A stretch of 24,011 nt of DNA from an uncultured Deferribacteres bacterium (GCA_964014485.1 CAXHAT010000124.1:1-24011); one strand, 5' to 3'. Shown: positions 1 through 9,813, counted from the first letter of the stretch. Notes: generated from the letters alone by a model not told the origin. A program made the numbers and translations.

Positions 1-48
1 CGAGAGGCAATGGAGTCTCGTGGGCTCGGAGATGTGTATAAGAGACAG
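1..48 (+). other. Illumina Nextera read-2 adapter (Tn5 mosaic end) with preceding P7/index remnant; sequencing artefact
   Basis: 15-48 is exactly GTCTCGTGGGCTCGGAGATGTGTATAAGAGACAG. Bases 1-14 (CGAGAG GCAATGGA) resemble the P7 end CGAGAT plus an i7 index. It translates to the artefact peptide SRGLGDVYKRQ. Confidence 0.98.
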
Positions 49-49
49 C

Positions 50-163
50 TCGATGGTAGCCAACGAAAAGAAAATCCTGGATCAAGCATTCACCAAAGCT
101 CTGGAACTCATCGAAGAAGACGGTCGCGCGCAGGTTGTGAACCAGGTTTTCGAAATTTATTAA
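50..163 (+). CDS. DUF503/YlxP-family protein, C-terminal part (5'-truncated by the contig end)
   Basis: Manual translation gives SMVANEKKILDQAFTKALELIEEDGRAQVVNQVFEIY*, which resembles the DUF503 C-terminus. It sits directly upstream of rbfA, the usual infB-DUF503-rbfA position. Confidence 0.7.
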   Translation, partial: SMVANEKKILDQAFTKALELIEEDGRAQVVNQVFEIY

Positions 164-189
164 CAGACTTTCATCCGGAGACATTTTCC

Positions 190-531
190 ATGGCGGCAAG
201 AAATCGCTCAAAGCGCGTCTCTGAATTGATACGCCAAATCATTAGCGAGCTTTTGCTGTTTAAGGTGAAAGACCCCGCTGCTCAAAAAGTCGTGGTTCAC
301 GATGTAACGATTACGGATAACCTGCGGCACGTTAAGGTTTTTGTTTTTCCGCCCGGCGATGAGAAGCAAAAAAAAGCGGCGATGGAAGCTTTGGATCGCG
401 CAAAAGGCTTTATTAAAAAAGAGATTGGTCAACAGGCAAAGTTAAAATACATGCCGGAAATCGTCTTTATCTATGATGAATCTCTCGATCGCGCTGACCG
501 GATCGATTATTTGTTGCGCTCAATAAAATGA
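190..531 (+). CDS. rbfA: 30S ribosome-binding factor A
   Basis: MAARNRSKRVSELIRQIIS...VKDP...LKYMPEIVFIYDESLDRADRIDYLL. GGAG SD at 177-180. The ORF-track start at 10 is adapter-derived. Confidence 0.95.
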   Translation: MAARNRSKRVSELIRQIISELLLFKVKDPAAQKVVVHDVTITDNLRHVKVFVFPPGDEKQKKAAMEALDRAKGFIKKEIGQQAKLKYMPEIVFIYDESLDRADRIDYLLRSIK

Positions 532-1225
532 CGGTAGAAAGATAGAGCCAGTATTTACAAAAAGCGCGCTTGAAGCTGGAGTCGTCGTTCCGATTGACAA
601 GCCTGTTAACTGGACTTCGTTTGATGTCGTTAACAAACTGCGATATGCAACAAAAGTCAAGAAAGTCGGACACTCAGGCACACTTGACCCGTTCGCTACC
701 GGCCTGCTACTCATCTGTTTTGGAAAAGCGACGAAGCGCGTTGAGAGCTTGATGGCTCTGCCCAAAGAATATATTGGAACTATCGTTATTGGCGCATCAT
801 CGGATACGGATGATTCAACCGGTCAAGTAACAGAGCGCTACGCTCCGATTACTCTCGAGCCAAACGTCGTTGAGAACGCTTTTTCCGAATTCAGAGGTGA
901 GATTCAGCAAACTCCGCCGATGTATTCCGCCATAAAAATTAAAGGCGAAAGACTTTATAAGCTGGCTCGCCAGGGAAAGAAAATTCACCGAGAGCCAAGA
1001 ACAGTTACTATTCACGAATTAAAATTGCTTGATTTGCGCGAAGCGGAAATGGACGTTCTCGTCCGCTGCTCCAAGGGCGCTTATATCCGAGCGCTGGCTC
1101 GCGATATAGGTAAAGCGCTAAATTCAGGCGGCTATTTGCATCAACTTCGGCGCACCAAGATCGGCGAATACGATATTAAGAACGCTTTCACGATTGATGG
1201 ATTCATCGAAAGGCTTGTGAACTGA
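528..1225 (+). CDS. truB: tRNA pseudouridine(55) synthase; true start unresolved
   Basis: The frame of ORF 749-1225 is open back to 527 and contains IDKPVNWTSFDVV, KVGHSGTLDPFATGLL, QTPPMYSAIK and CSKGAYIRALARDIG. There is no in-frame ATG/GTG/TTG before the conserved N-terminus (see findings). Confidence 0.92.
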
Positions 1226-1235
1226 ACGCGCACTG

Positions 1236-2177
1236 ATGGAATTATACAGAAGCCTGGAAGATCTGGAACCGGACCAGAACAATTTTATCGCAACTGGAAA
1301 TTTCGACGGCTTACATCTTGGGCATCAGTCCATCATCAAAAAGCTTCGTGAATTAGCGAAGCCAGTTGATGGAAAAGTAACGCTCGTCAGCTTTCACCCG
1401 CACCCAAGACTTGTTCTCAAAAAACAGGCTGCGGCCAAAATCGAGCATCTGACGACGATTGAAGAAAAGACTGCGCTTCTCGAAAAGTTTGGCGTTGATA
1501 AGTTTATTCTCATCCCTTTTACGGAATCCTTTTCCAAATTGACTTCCGAAGCTTTTGTTTCGGAAATTCTTTGCGGGAAGATCGGCATGAAGGGAATCGT
1601 CATCGGTCGTGATCACACTTTCGGTCGCGGCGGAAAAGGCGGCTTTGACACGTTGCAAGCCTTGGCGCCGACTTGCGGTTTCCAAGTTAGACAGGCTGAC
1701 GATTTTTCTCTGAACGGCAATTCAGTCAGTTCAACGCTGATCCGATCCTGCTTATCAAACGGAGAAATCGAAGCGGCCAACACTTTTTTGGGCTTTAATT
1801 ACCCGGTTTTTGGCAGAGTGACGCACGGCGACGGAAGAGGCCGAACGATTGGATTCCCAACGGCAAACGTCGAGCTTGGCGACGACAAATTGTTGCCGAG
1901 GCGCGGCGTTTATTGCGTCTCGCTTGAATTGGAAGGAAGCGAGCATTTCGGGATGGCGAATATCGGCGTAAAGCCGACTTTTGACGGCGAAAAAGAAACG
2001 CTGGAAGCGCATATTTTTGATTTTGATGCAGATATTTACACCAAAGGAATCAAGCTCTTTTTTCACAAACGCCTACGTGATGAAAAAAAGTTCACAGGCG
2101 TCAAAGAGCTGATAAAACAGTTAGAAATTGACAAAAACGATAGCCTGCGCTTTTTCAGCGCGGTAAGACACAAGTAA
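1236..2177 (+). CDS. ribF: Bifunctional riboflavin kinase / FAD synthetase
   Basis: GNFDGLHLGHQ, FHPHP, VSSTLIR, GRGRTIGFPTAN, LEAHIFDF, RLRDEKKF motifs; canonical position after truB. Confidence 0.97.
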   Translation: MELYRSLEDLEPDQNNFIATGNFDGLHLGHQSIIKKLRELAKPVDGKVTLVSFHPHPRLVLKKQAAAKIEHLTTIEEKTALLEKFGVDKFILIPFTESFSKLTSEAFVSEILCGKIGMKGIVIGRDHTFGRGGKGGFDTLQALAPTCGFQVRQADDFSLNGNSVSSTLIRSCLSNGEIEAANTFLGFNYPVFGRVTHGDGRGRTIGFPTANVELGDDKLLPRRGVYCVSLELEGSEHFGMANIGVKPTFDGEKETLEAHIFDFDADIYTKGIKLFFHKRLRDEKKFTGVKELIKQLEIDKNDSLRFFSAVRHK

Positions 2178-2195
2178 TGCATTTGGAGAGTTCAA

Positions 2196-2465
2196 ATGGC
2201 AGTAACGAAAGAGATGAAGCAAGAGATTGTTGAAGCGCACGGCGCGAACGCCAATGACTCCGGACAAGCGGAAGTCCAAATAGCGCTTCTAACGGAACGC
2301 ATTAATGATCTCACGCCGCATTTGCAGAAAAACAAGAAAGACCATCATTCTCGCGTAGGTTTGCTGAGAATGGTAGGTAAGCGTCGCAAGCTATTGAAGT
2401 ACCTGATCAAAAAAGACATCAATCGCTATCGTGCGATCATCGAAAAGCTTGGATTACGTCGCTAA
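2196..2465 (+). CDS. rpsO: 30S ribosomal protein S15
   Basis: 89 aa; [56 protein letters not shown]. Confidence 0.99.
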   Translation: MAVTKEMKQEIVEAHGANANDSGQAEVQIALLTERINDLTPHLQKNKKDHHSRVGLLRMVGKRRKLLKYLIKKDINRYRAIIEKLGLRR

Positions 2466-2537
2466 CTATTATTTCGCGCCGCATTTGGAAAAAATCGTTT
2501 TGTAGGCGGCGTCTATTTAAAGGAGTTTTCAAATATA

Positions 2538-4616
2538 ATGATTTCAACCAAAGAAATGACTCTGAACGGGTCTACGCTAACCATTGAGACTGGCAGAGTC
2601 GCCAGGCAAGCGGGCGGCTCCGTTCTTTTAACATTCGGAGAAACAGTGCTTCTCGCGACTGTTGTTGGCGCTGAAGAACGCTCTGAATTGAGCTTTTTTC
2701 CGCTGACTGTCGATTATCGCGAAAAAGCCTACGCCGCAGGCAAAATCCCCGGCGGGTATATCAAGCGCGAAGGTCGGCCTTCAGATAAAGAGATTTTAAC
2801 CTCGCGTCTAATCGATCGCAGCTTGAGACCTCTTTTTGCAGACGGTTTCAAAAACGAAGTCCAGGTATTGGTTACCGTCCTTTCCGCGGACATGGAAAAT
2901 CCGCCGGACATTCTTGGGATTACTGCAGCATCGGCGGCGCTCTCAATCTCCGACGTTCCTTGGGACGGCCCCGTAGCCGGCGTTCGGATCGGCAAGGTAG
3001 ACGGCGAATTTATCGCCAACCCGACTTCCGAGCAAATCGCCGAGAGCGATATTGACCTCATTATTAGCGCTACAGATGATTCTGTCATCATGGTAGAGGG
3101 CGAGTCTTGGGAGGTTACCGAAGAAGAAATGTTGGCTGCGCTTGAATTTGGCGGGAAAGCGGCAAGCGAGCTTGTCAAGCTTCAGAGCGGATTGGTTGAA
3201 GAAGCTGGCAAAGAAAAGAATCCGGTTATCATCCCCGAAGCCCCTGAAGGCTTGGAAGATGCGGTTCGCAAAGAAGCCAGCGATGAAATCGCACAGCGCA
3301 TCAAGACCGCGGATAAAAAAGAACGCCGCGCATCGTTGAAAGAATATTATGCAGCAGTAACGGAAAAGCTTCTGCCGGATTTTGAAGAAGACGAATCATT
3401 TATCAAAAGTACGCTTTTCAAAATTGAAAAAGAAAAGACGCGCGCAATGGTGCTGGACCAAAATCTTCGCCTGGACGGTCGCGGCCCAGACGATATTCGC
3501 GACATTTCTTGCGAAGTCGGCACACTTCCCAGAACGCACGGTTCTGCTTTGTTCACGCGCGGCCAAACTCAGTCCCTCGGGGTTGTCACACTGGGTACAA
3601 AGACCGATGAGCAGCGCGTAGACGATTTGGAAGGCGAATTTTTTAAGACCTACATGCTTCACTACAACTTTCCGCCTTACAGCGTCGGCGAAATTCGGCC
3701 TATGCGAGGCACCGGCAGGCGAGAAATTGGGCACGGTGATCTGGCCGAACGCTCGCTGAAACCTGTCATTCCAACTGAAGACGTCTTCCCCTACACCATT
3801 CGCGTGGTATCTGAAATTTTCGAATCGAACGGTTCGTCTTCAATGGCGACGGTTTGTTCCGGAGCATTGGCGCTTATGGATGCAGGCGTTCCGATCAAAG
3901 AACCGGTGGCCGGCATCGCAATGGGGCTGATTAAGGAAGGCGACAAAGCCGTTGTCCTGACAGACATCCTCGGCGATGAAGATCATCTTGGTGATATGGA
4001 CTTCAAGGTAGCCGGCACGAAAAGCGGGATCACCGCTTTCCAGATGGACATCAAAGTCAAAGGGATTTCGATGGCTTTGATGAAAGAAGCGCTTGAAAAA
4101 GCGCAGTCCGCGCGTCTTAGAATCTTGCAAGAAATGACCTCCGCTCTGGATCAGCCGAGAACTGATCTTTCAGAACACGCGCCAAGGATTATTTCTTTCA
4201 AGATCAAAGTCGAAAGCATCGGCGCAGTTATTGGGCCGGGCGGCAAAGTGATCAAGGACATCGTTGAGCGTACAGGCGCAACGGTGGATATTGCCGACGA
4301 CGGCACGGTAAAAATCGCCGCCGTTGAAGCCGCAGCCGGGCAAATGGCGCGTAATATCGTCTTGCAACTTGTGGAAGAACCGGAAACGGGCAAAATCTAC
4401 AAGGGCCCTGTGAAGCGCATCACAAATTTCGGCGCATTCGTCGAAATTCTTCCAGGAAAAGAAGGCTTGTTGCATATTTCCGAAGTCGACCACAACCGAA
4501 TTGATCGTGTCGAAGACGTGCTGCAGCTTGGCGACGTTGTCACCGTCAAACTTCTTCGAGTAGAAGGCGGTAAGTTTTCGTTGAGTCGTCGAGCCGTCCT
4601 GTCCTCAGAAGAATAG
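2538..4616 (+). CDS. pnp: Polyribonucleotide nucleotidyltransferase (PNPase)
   Basis: FFPLTVDYREK, SRLIDRSLRPLF, RREIGHG, ESNGSSSMATVC, DHLGDMDFKVAGT, KH (IGPGGK) and S1 domains; AAGGAG SD. Confidence 0.99.
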   Translation: MISTKEMTLNGSTLTIETGRVARQAGGSVLLTFGETVLLATVVGAEERSELSFFPLTVDYREKAYAAGKIPGGYIKREGRPSDKEILTSRLIDRSLRPLFADGFKNEVQVLVTVLSADMENPPDILGITAASAALSISDVPWDGPVAGVRIGKVDGEFIANPTSEQIAESDIDLIISATDDSVIMVEGESWEVTEEEMLAALEFGGKAASELVKLQSGLVEEAGKEKNPVIIPEAPEGLEDAVRKEASDEIAQRIKTADKKERRASLKEYYAAVTEKLLPDFEEDESFIKSTLFKIEKEKTRAMVLDQNLRLDGRGPDDIRDISCEVGTLPRTHGSALFTRGQTQSLGVVTLGTKTDEQRVDDLEGEFFKTYMLHYNFPPYSVGEIRPMRGTGRREIGHGDLAERSLKPVIPTEDVFPYTIRVVSEIFESNGSSSMATVCSGALALMDAGVPIKEPVAGIAMGLIKEGDKAVVLTDILGDEDHLGDMDFKVAGTKSGITAFQMDIKVKGISMALMKEALEKAQSARLRILQEMTSALDQPRTDLSEHAPRIISFKIKVESIGAVIGPGGKVIKDIVERTGATVDIADDGTVKIAAVEAAAGQMARNIVLQLVEEPETGKIYKGPVKRITNFGAFVEILPGKEGLLHISEVDHNRIDRVEDVLQLGDVVTVKLLRVEGGKFSLSRRAVLSSEE

Positions 4617-4621
4617 GTGAG

Positions 4622-5899
4622 ATGAACGCGCGGAAATCGATTCCTACAATTGAAACTCCGTTAGTTGCCAGCAACGCTTTCCGTAAGACCGTTTTGCCAA
4701 ACGGTCTTACGATTGTTAGCGAATTCTTACCCAACACCTTCTCAGCAGCGCTGGGTTTTTGGATAAAATCCGGCAGCCGCAATGAACCGCCGGCAATCAA
4801 CGGGATTTCCCACCTGATTGAACACATGGCGTTCAAAGGCACTTCAAAACGTTCTGCTTTTGATATAGCTTCAGAAATCGAGAATGTCGGGGGCGTTCTC
4901 AATGCTTACACCAGCAAAGAACTCACGTGTTATTACGCCTACACGCTTCATGAACATCTCTTGTTGGCCGCTGACGTTCTCACTGACATCCTGACAAACC
5001 AGGTTTTCTCGCCACTAGAACTCGCCAAAGAAAAAGACGTCATTTTTGAAGAAATTCGGTCTGTGCTCGAGGCTCCGGAAGAGCGCATTCACGATTATTT
5101 TCACCTGCATCTTTTTGAGAACCACCCCTTCTCCTACCCTATCATGGGTTCCGAAGCAACCCTGAGATCGATTGATCGAGCCGCGTTAGTTGAATTTTTC
5201 CAACAGAATTATACTTTGGATCGTCTGGTTATCGCAGCCGCAGGATGCGTCGATCACAATGAGTTGTGCGATTACTTTTCCGAAAAATTCGAACATTGGT
5301 CACCCAAAGCTGACGCCCCTTCCTTTCAAGAGCCGTCGAGGCCGCGCCAAAAGCAAGAAACATACGTCGAAGATATTCAGCAAGGCCATTTTTGCGTTGG
5401 AACGGTAGCACTGTCATTTTCTGATCCATTGCGGTATGCTGCTTATGTCTTAAACACGATTGTCGGCGGTTGCATGAGCTCCCGATTGTTTCAAACGCTG
5501 CGCGAAGAGCACGCCCTGTGCTATAATGTCTATTCAGATTTCGAGTTGTTTGATGACGCGGGGATTTTTTTCGTTTATGGCGCGACCGATTCCGGAAAAC
5601 TCGACTTGGCGACGGACTTGGTGTTTGAAGAATTTGAAAAATTAAAAGCCGACTCCATCACCGAGGAAGAATTATACAGAACGAAGACTCAGCTTCGCGG
5701 CGGCTTGCTTCTTGGCTTGGAGGGCGCCTCAAATCGTATGAACTGGCACGCAAAGCGCGAAATCTATAATGAAACTTTTATTCCGCCCGAGGAAAGCATT
5801 CGCCAAATAGAAAAATTGACGATTGAGGATATTGAGAGGGTCGCTTCTCTGGTGTTCGATCCCAAACATATGGTGGTCACCCGTCTGAAAGCGAAATAA
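4622..5899 (+). CDS. M16B (pitrilysin-family) zinc peptidase
   Basis: Inverted zinc motif HLIEH, MAFKGT, LNAYTSKE, SSRLFQTLREEHALCY; commonly found after pnp. Confidence 0.95.
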   Translation: MNARKSIPTIETPLVASNAFRKTVLPNGLTIVSEFLPNTFSAALGFWIKSGSRNEPPAINGISHLIEHMAFKGTSKRSAFDIASEIENVGGVLNAYTSKELTCYYAYTLHEHLLLAADVLTDILTNQVFSPLELAKEKDVIFEEIRSVLEAPEERIHDYFHLHLFENHPFSYPIMGSEATLRSIDRAALVEFFQQNYTLDRLVIAAAGCVDHNELCDYFSEKFEHWSPKADAPSFQEPSRPRQKQETYVEDIQQGHFCVGTVALSFSDPLRYAAYVLNTIVGGCMSSRLFQTLREEHALCYNVYSDFELFDDAGIFFVYGATDSGKLDLATDLVFEEFEKLKADSITEEELYRTKTQLRGGLLLGLEGASNRMNWHAKREIYNETFIPPEESIRQIEKLTIEDIERVASLVFDPKHMVVTRLKAK

Positions 5900-5926
5900 T
5901 TTATTGTACCGTGAGAGGAGGAAAAA

Positions 5927-7039
5927 ATGAAAGTTGGCGTCCCAAAAGAAATCAAGCCTTTTGAAAATCGAATCGCGATGACTCCGGGCGGCGCGGAGTT
6001 AATGAAAAGACACGGTCATGAGATTTTTATTGAAAACAACGCCGGCGTCGGCAGCGGTTTTTCTAATCAGGAATACATTAACGCCGGAGCGGAAATTCTG
6101 GATTCGCCAAAGGAAATTTTCGCACAAGCGGACATGATTATGAAGGTTAAAGAACCTTTGCCCGCGGAATATCCGCTGCTGCGGGAAGATCAAATCGTTT
6201 TTACCTATTTTCATTTTGCCGCCTCTCAGGAATTGACCGAGGCGGTTGTTGATTCAAAATGCATCGCTATCGCCTATGAAACGGTCGAAGCGCCGGACGG
6301 CTCGCTCCCGCTGCTCGTCCCTATGAGCGAAGTTGCCGGAAGAATGTCGATTCAGGAAGGCGCGCGCTGTCTCGAAAAAGTCGCCGGCGGCTTTGGAATT
6401 TTACTTGGCGGCGTTCCTGGCGTCGAACCCGGAGTCGTGACGATTCTTGGCGGCGGAGTCGTTGGAACAAACGCGGCGAAAATGGCGGCGGGGCTGGGGG
6501 CACGCGTTTCAATCATCGATATCGACCTTGACCGCATGCGATATTTGGATGACGTTATGCCCAAAAACGTCGAGACGATCATGTCTAATCCTGACAATAT
6601 TCGCAAAGCGTTGCAGCGCTCTCATCTCGTTGTCGGAGCGGTTCTCATTCCTGGAGCCAAAGCGCCAAAACTCGTCACGAGAGACATGCTTTCATTCATG
6701 CGTGACGGCTCAGTCATCGTCGACGTCGCTGTAGATCAAGGCGGCTGTGTTGAAACGATCAAGCCGACGACGCATGACAATCCCACCTACGTCATCGATG
6801 GCGTAGTACATTACGGCGTAGCGAATATGCCGGGGGCCGTCCCCAACACGTCAACAATCGCACTGACAAATGCGACGCTGCCATTCGCTCTGAGAATAGC
6901 AAGCGCCGGTTTTCCAAAGTGCGTAAATGATTCGCCTGCTCTGGCGAAAGGCGCGAACATCATTCGCGGAAAAGTTACCTACGAAGGCGTTGCTGAAGCA
7001 TTTTCATTACCTTACACGCCTTTGGAAGAAGCCATATAA
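5927..7039 (+). CDS. ald: Alanine dehydrogenase
   Basis: MKVGVPKEIK, KVKEP, LPLLVPMSEVAGRMS, GGGVVGTNAA, DVAVDQGGCVET, HYGVANMPGAVP; AGGAGG SD. Confidence 0.98.
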   Translation: MKVGVPKEIKPFENRIAMTPGGAELMKRHGHEIFIENNAGVGSGFSNQEYINAGAEILDSPKEIFAQADMIMKVKEPLPAEYPLLREDQIVFTYFHFAASQELTEAVVDSKCIAIAYETVEAPDGSLPLLVPMSEVAGRMSIQEGARCLEKVAGGFGILLGGVPGVEPGVVTILGGGVVGTNAAKMAAGLGARVSIIDIDLDRMRYLDDVMPKNVETIMSNPDNIRKALQRSHLVVGAVLIPGAKAPKLVTRDMLSFMRDGSVIVDVAVDQGGCVETIKPTTHDNPTYVIDGVVHYGVANMPGAVPNTSTIALTNATLPFALRIASAGFPKCVNDSPALAKGANIIRGKVTYEGVAEAFSLPYTPLEEAI

Positions 7040-7057
7040 TTCAACACCGAGGTTCAT

Positions 7058-7864
7058 CTGGATTCCGCATCTCTTGACTTACACCCGCCGATTCTGGCAT
7101 ACCACCTCATCTCAGATGAGCGTGATTTGAGTATTACCAAGACAAGCATCCGCCAGTTCAAAGATCAAATGGCATGGCTCAAGGATCATGGTTACCGCAC
7201 CACCACGCTCGCACAGTGGCTTGGCCAGAAACGGCAAAGTTGCGAAGCTTCTAAAGATCGCGCTGTCATACTGACCTTCGACGACGTCTATGAAAGCATC
7301 GACAAAGCCAGCGAAATTATGCATCAATTTGGCTTTATCGGCAATTGCTTCCCAGTCTCGAGGTTTGTCGCACAATCAAATGACTGGGATTATCAGTTTT
7401 TGGGCAGGAAGCTAAAACATGCAAGTTGGTCGGCGCTGCGCACGCTTCTCGATTGCGGCTGGGAAATAGGCTCACATTCGCACAGGCATACCGATCTTTC
7501 CCGGCTCGACCAGAAACAACTCTCTGAAGAATTTGATGTTTCGCGGAAGATTTTGCAAGACAAGCTCGGCTGCAAAATCGATACAATTTCATATCCTTTT
7601 GGCCGTGCAAACGAGCAAGTTTGCCGTTTCGCTTTGGAAAACGGATTTCGGTTTGGGTTGGGCTTAGGACTTTCAATAAAAGCCTACGCACGTTTTGGCA
7701 ATATGTGTTTGCCGAGACTCGGCGTTTACCGTTGTGATTCTATCAAAACCTTTGCTCGAAAAGTGCAATCGTTCTCGCCCATTAAAGAGAAAATGTTCAA
7801 CCGTCAACGCTTGCTGAGTTTTTGTTCGCAAGGGACGGTTTTGTTAAAAAAATGGCGTCGATGA
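7058..7864 (+). CDS. Polysaccharide deacetylase (CE4/NodB family); probable CTG start
   Basis: TFDD, HSHRH and YPFG motifs. The conserved N-terminal PILAYH lies upstream of the called TTG (7127). CTG at 7058 has GAGG 5 nt upstream. Confidence 0.85.
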   Translation: MDSASLDLHPPILAYHLISDERDLSITKTSIRQFKDQMAWLKDHGYRTTTLAQWLGQKRQSCEASKDRAVILTFDDVYESIDKASEIMHQFGFIGNCFPVSRFVAQSNDWDYQFLGRKLKHASWSALRTLLDCGWEIGSHSHRHTDLSRLDQKQLSEEFDVSRKILQDKLGCKIDTISYPFGRANEQVCRFALENGFRFGLGLGLSIKAYARFGNMCLPRLGVYRCDSIKTFARKVQSFSPIKEKMFNRQRLLSFCSQGTVLLKKWRR

Positions 7865-8259
7865 TGAAGCCTGATCATATCAAAAAACTCTACTATTCCA
7901 TCCAGGAAGTCAGCGAGCTAACCAGCGTAAAAAAACACGTTTTGCGGTATTGGGAAAATGAGTTCGCTCAACTTCGCCCCTCGAAGAACCGAGCGGGCAA
8001 TCGCACTTACCGCGAGTCTGACATTAAAACGATCTTCTTGATAAAGCACCTGCTTTACGAAGAGCACTTCACAATTGAAAAAGCCAAGCAGAGAATTGCT
8101 GAACTTAAGAAGAACGGCGCTGAGCATCAAAACCGTTCCTTGCAAGATCTGAAAAGAGAAGACTTGCTGCTGGAAATCCGGCGAGAAGTCAACGAAGCGC
8201 TTGCTTTGATCGATGAAGTTCTGCCAAAAGCAAGTCAGGATTCGCCCCAAAAAAAGTAA
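7861..8259 (+). CDS. MerR-family HTH transcriptional regulator
   Basis: KLYYSIQEVSELTSVKKHVLRYWENEFAQLRPSKNRAGNRTY is the subfamily usually seen next to ihfA/tRNA-Pro. ATGA overlap with the upstream stop. Confidence 0.9.
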   Translation: MMKPDHIKKLYYSIQEVSELTSVKKHVLRYWENEFAQLRPSKNRAGNRTYRESDIKTIFLIKHLLYEEHFTIEKAKQRIAELKKNGAEHQNRSLQDLKREDLLLEIRREVNEALALIDEVLPKASQDSPQKK

Positions 8260-8356
8260 CTGAGACGCATCTGAAACCAGCGCTTCTCAATTCCTAATGA
8301 GCGGCTTTTACGACTCCAGCAGTATAAATCATCACAAAACTACGAAAGCAATCGCT

Positions 8357-9568
8357 ATGCAAGAAGCCTTTATCATCGACGGCGTTCGCTCTCCTATTGG
8401 GAAATTCGGCGGCTCTCTTTCAAGCATTCGCCCGGACGATTTAGCCGCGCACATTATTCAATCTCTGCTTGCTCGTCACCCAAAAATCGATTCTGCAAAA
8501 ATTGATGACGTGATTTTAGGCAACGCGAATCAGGCTGGAGAGGACAATCGTAACGTTGCCCGCATGGCCTTATTGTTGGCCGGATTGCCGGTTACAGTGC
8601 CTGGTGAAACGGTTAATCGGCTTTGCGCCTCGGGAATGAGCGCTGTCGTTCAGGCTGGCAGAGCACTGCGATTAGGCGATGCGGATTTAATGATCGCCGG
8701 CGGGGTTGAAAACATGACGCGCGCGCCCTACGTTTTCGAAAAATCCCAAGCTGCATTTTCGCGCACGGCAAAAATGTACGACACAAGCATCGGCTGGCGC
8801 TTTCCCAATCCCAAGATGAAGGAAATGTACGGCGTCGACGGCATGGGCAACACGGCTGAGAACGTTGCTGACCAGTACAAAATCAGCCGCAGCCGCCAAG
8901 ATGAATTTGCGTTCAATTCGCAAAGAAAAGCGACTAATGCGCGTGACAAAAATCGTTTTCTGGCAGAAATTGCTCCCGTAGAAATTCCCCAGCGCAAAAG
9001 CGACCCGCTCATTTTTGATCAGGATGAATTCATTCGCCCTGACACCAGCTTGGAGAAATTAGCCAAACTCAAGCCTGCATTCCGTTTTGACGGGCAAGGC
9101 TCAGTTACCGCCGGGAATTCATCCGGAATTAATGACGGCGCTTGCGCATTGCTCTTGGCTTCGAGTAAAGGGGCGAGCTCTAACGGCCTAACTCCGCAAG
9201 CTCGCATCGTGGGTTCTGCGGTCGTTGGTTTGGAGCCGCGAATCATGGGCATGGGGCCGCTCTACGCAACGCAAAAGGTTTTGCAAAAAACCGGCATGTC
9301 TTTGGATAAGATTGGCGTGATCGAAATCAACGAAGCCTTCGCATCCCAGAGCCTTGCTTCCATGCAGAAACTAGCCTTATCAGACGATGATCCGCGTGTA
9401 AACCCGAACGGCGGCGCCATTGCGCTTGGGCACCCCCTGGGCATGTCCGGCGCCCGCATCATCCTAACCGCGATGCATGAATTACATCTTCGCAAGGAGC
9501 AATTTTCGCTTTGTACCATGTGCATCGGCGTAGGTCAAGGCATGGCGACAATTATTGAAAGGGTATAA
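8357..9568 (+). CDS. pcaF: Thiolase, 3-oxoadipyl-CoA thiolase (PcaF/PaaJ)-like
   Basis: NQAGEDNRNVARM, TVNRLCASG (catalytic Cys), NEAFA, GGAIALGHPLGMSGAR, CTMCIGVGQG. Start chosen at MQEAFIIDG by family alignment. Confidence 0.85.
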   Translation: MQEAFIIDGVRSPIGKFGGSLSSIRPDDLAAHIIQSLLARHPKIDSAKIDDVILGNANQAGEDNRNVARMALLLAGLPVTVPGETVNRLCASGMSAVVQAGRALRLGDADLMIAGGVENMTRAPYVFEKSQAAFSRTAKMYDTSIGWRFPNPKMKEMYGVDGMGNTAENVADQYKISRSRQDEFAFNSQRKATNARDKNRFLAEIAPVEIPQRKSDPLIFDQDEFIRPDTSLEKLAKLKPAFRFDGQGSVTAGNSSGINDGACALLLASSKGASSNGLTPQARIVGSAVVGLEPRIMGMGPLYATQKVLQKTGMSLDKIGVIEINEAFASQSLASMQKLALSDDDPRVNPNGGAIALGHPLGMSGARIILTAMHELHLRKEQFSLCTMCIGVGQGMATIIERV

Positions 9569-9617
9569 AAATCGCTGGCTTTTTGGCGGCTAACCTTTTA
9601 TATTTGCACTTCAAAAT

Positions 9618-9692
<75 letters not shown>

Positions 9693-9699
9693 TTTTTTT

Positions 9700-9737
9700 A
9701 GGCTGTAGTTCTTTAATTTAGGATTACAGCCTTTTTT
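9700..9737 (+). terminator. Intrinsic terminator after tRNA-Pro
   Basis: AGGCTGTAGTTCT-loop-AGGATTACAGCCT (13-bp stem with G-U pairs) followed by a T run. Confidence 0.75.
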
Positions 9738-9772
9738 GTTAGCGCCCATCAATTTGATCTCATTCGCGTGTT

Positions 9773-9813
9773 AAAAACAAAAAGGCGACTACGCAAAAAA
9801 CGGAGCCGCCTTT
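9773..9813 (-). terminator. Probable intrinsic terminator of ftsH
   Basis: Minus strand reads AAAGGCGGCT...AGTCGCCTTT then TTGTTTT, about 30 nt after the ftsH stop. Confidence 0.65.

Noticed and set aside
10..189. N-terminally extended or fused RbfA (173 aa)
   Set aside because: The start lies within adapter sequence; the real coding frame at 50-163 is a different one (DUF503).
2476..2512. GCGCCGC...GCGGCGT stem between rpsO and pnp as an RNase III or autoregulatory site
   Set aside because: Only a 7-bp stem with a large loop; plausible by analogy but not supportable from sequence alone.
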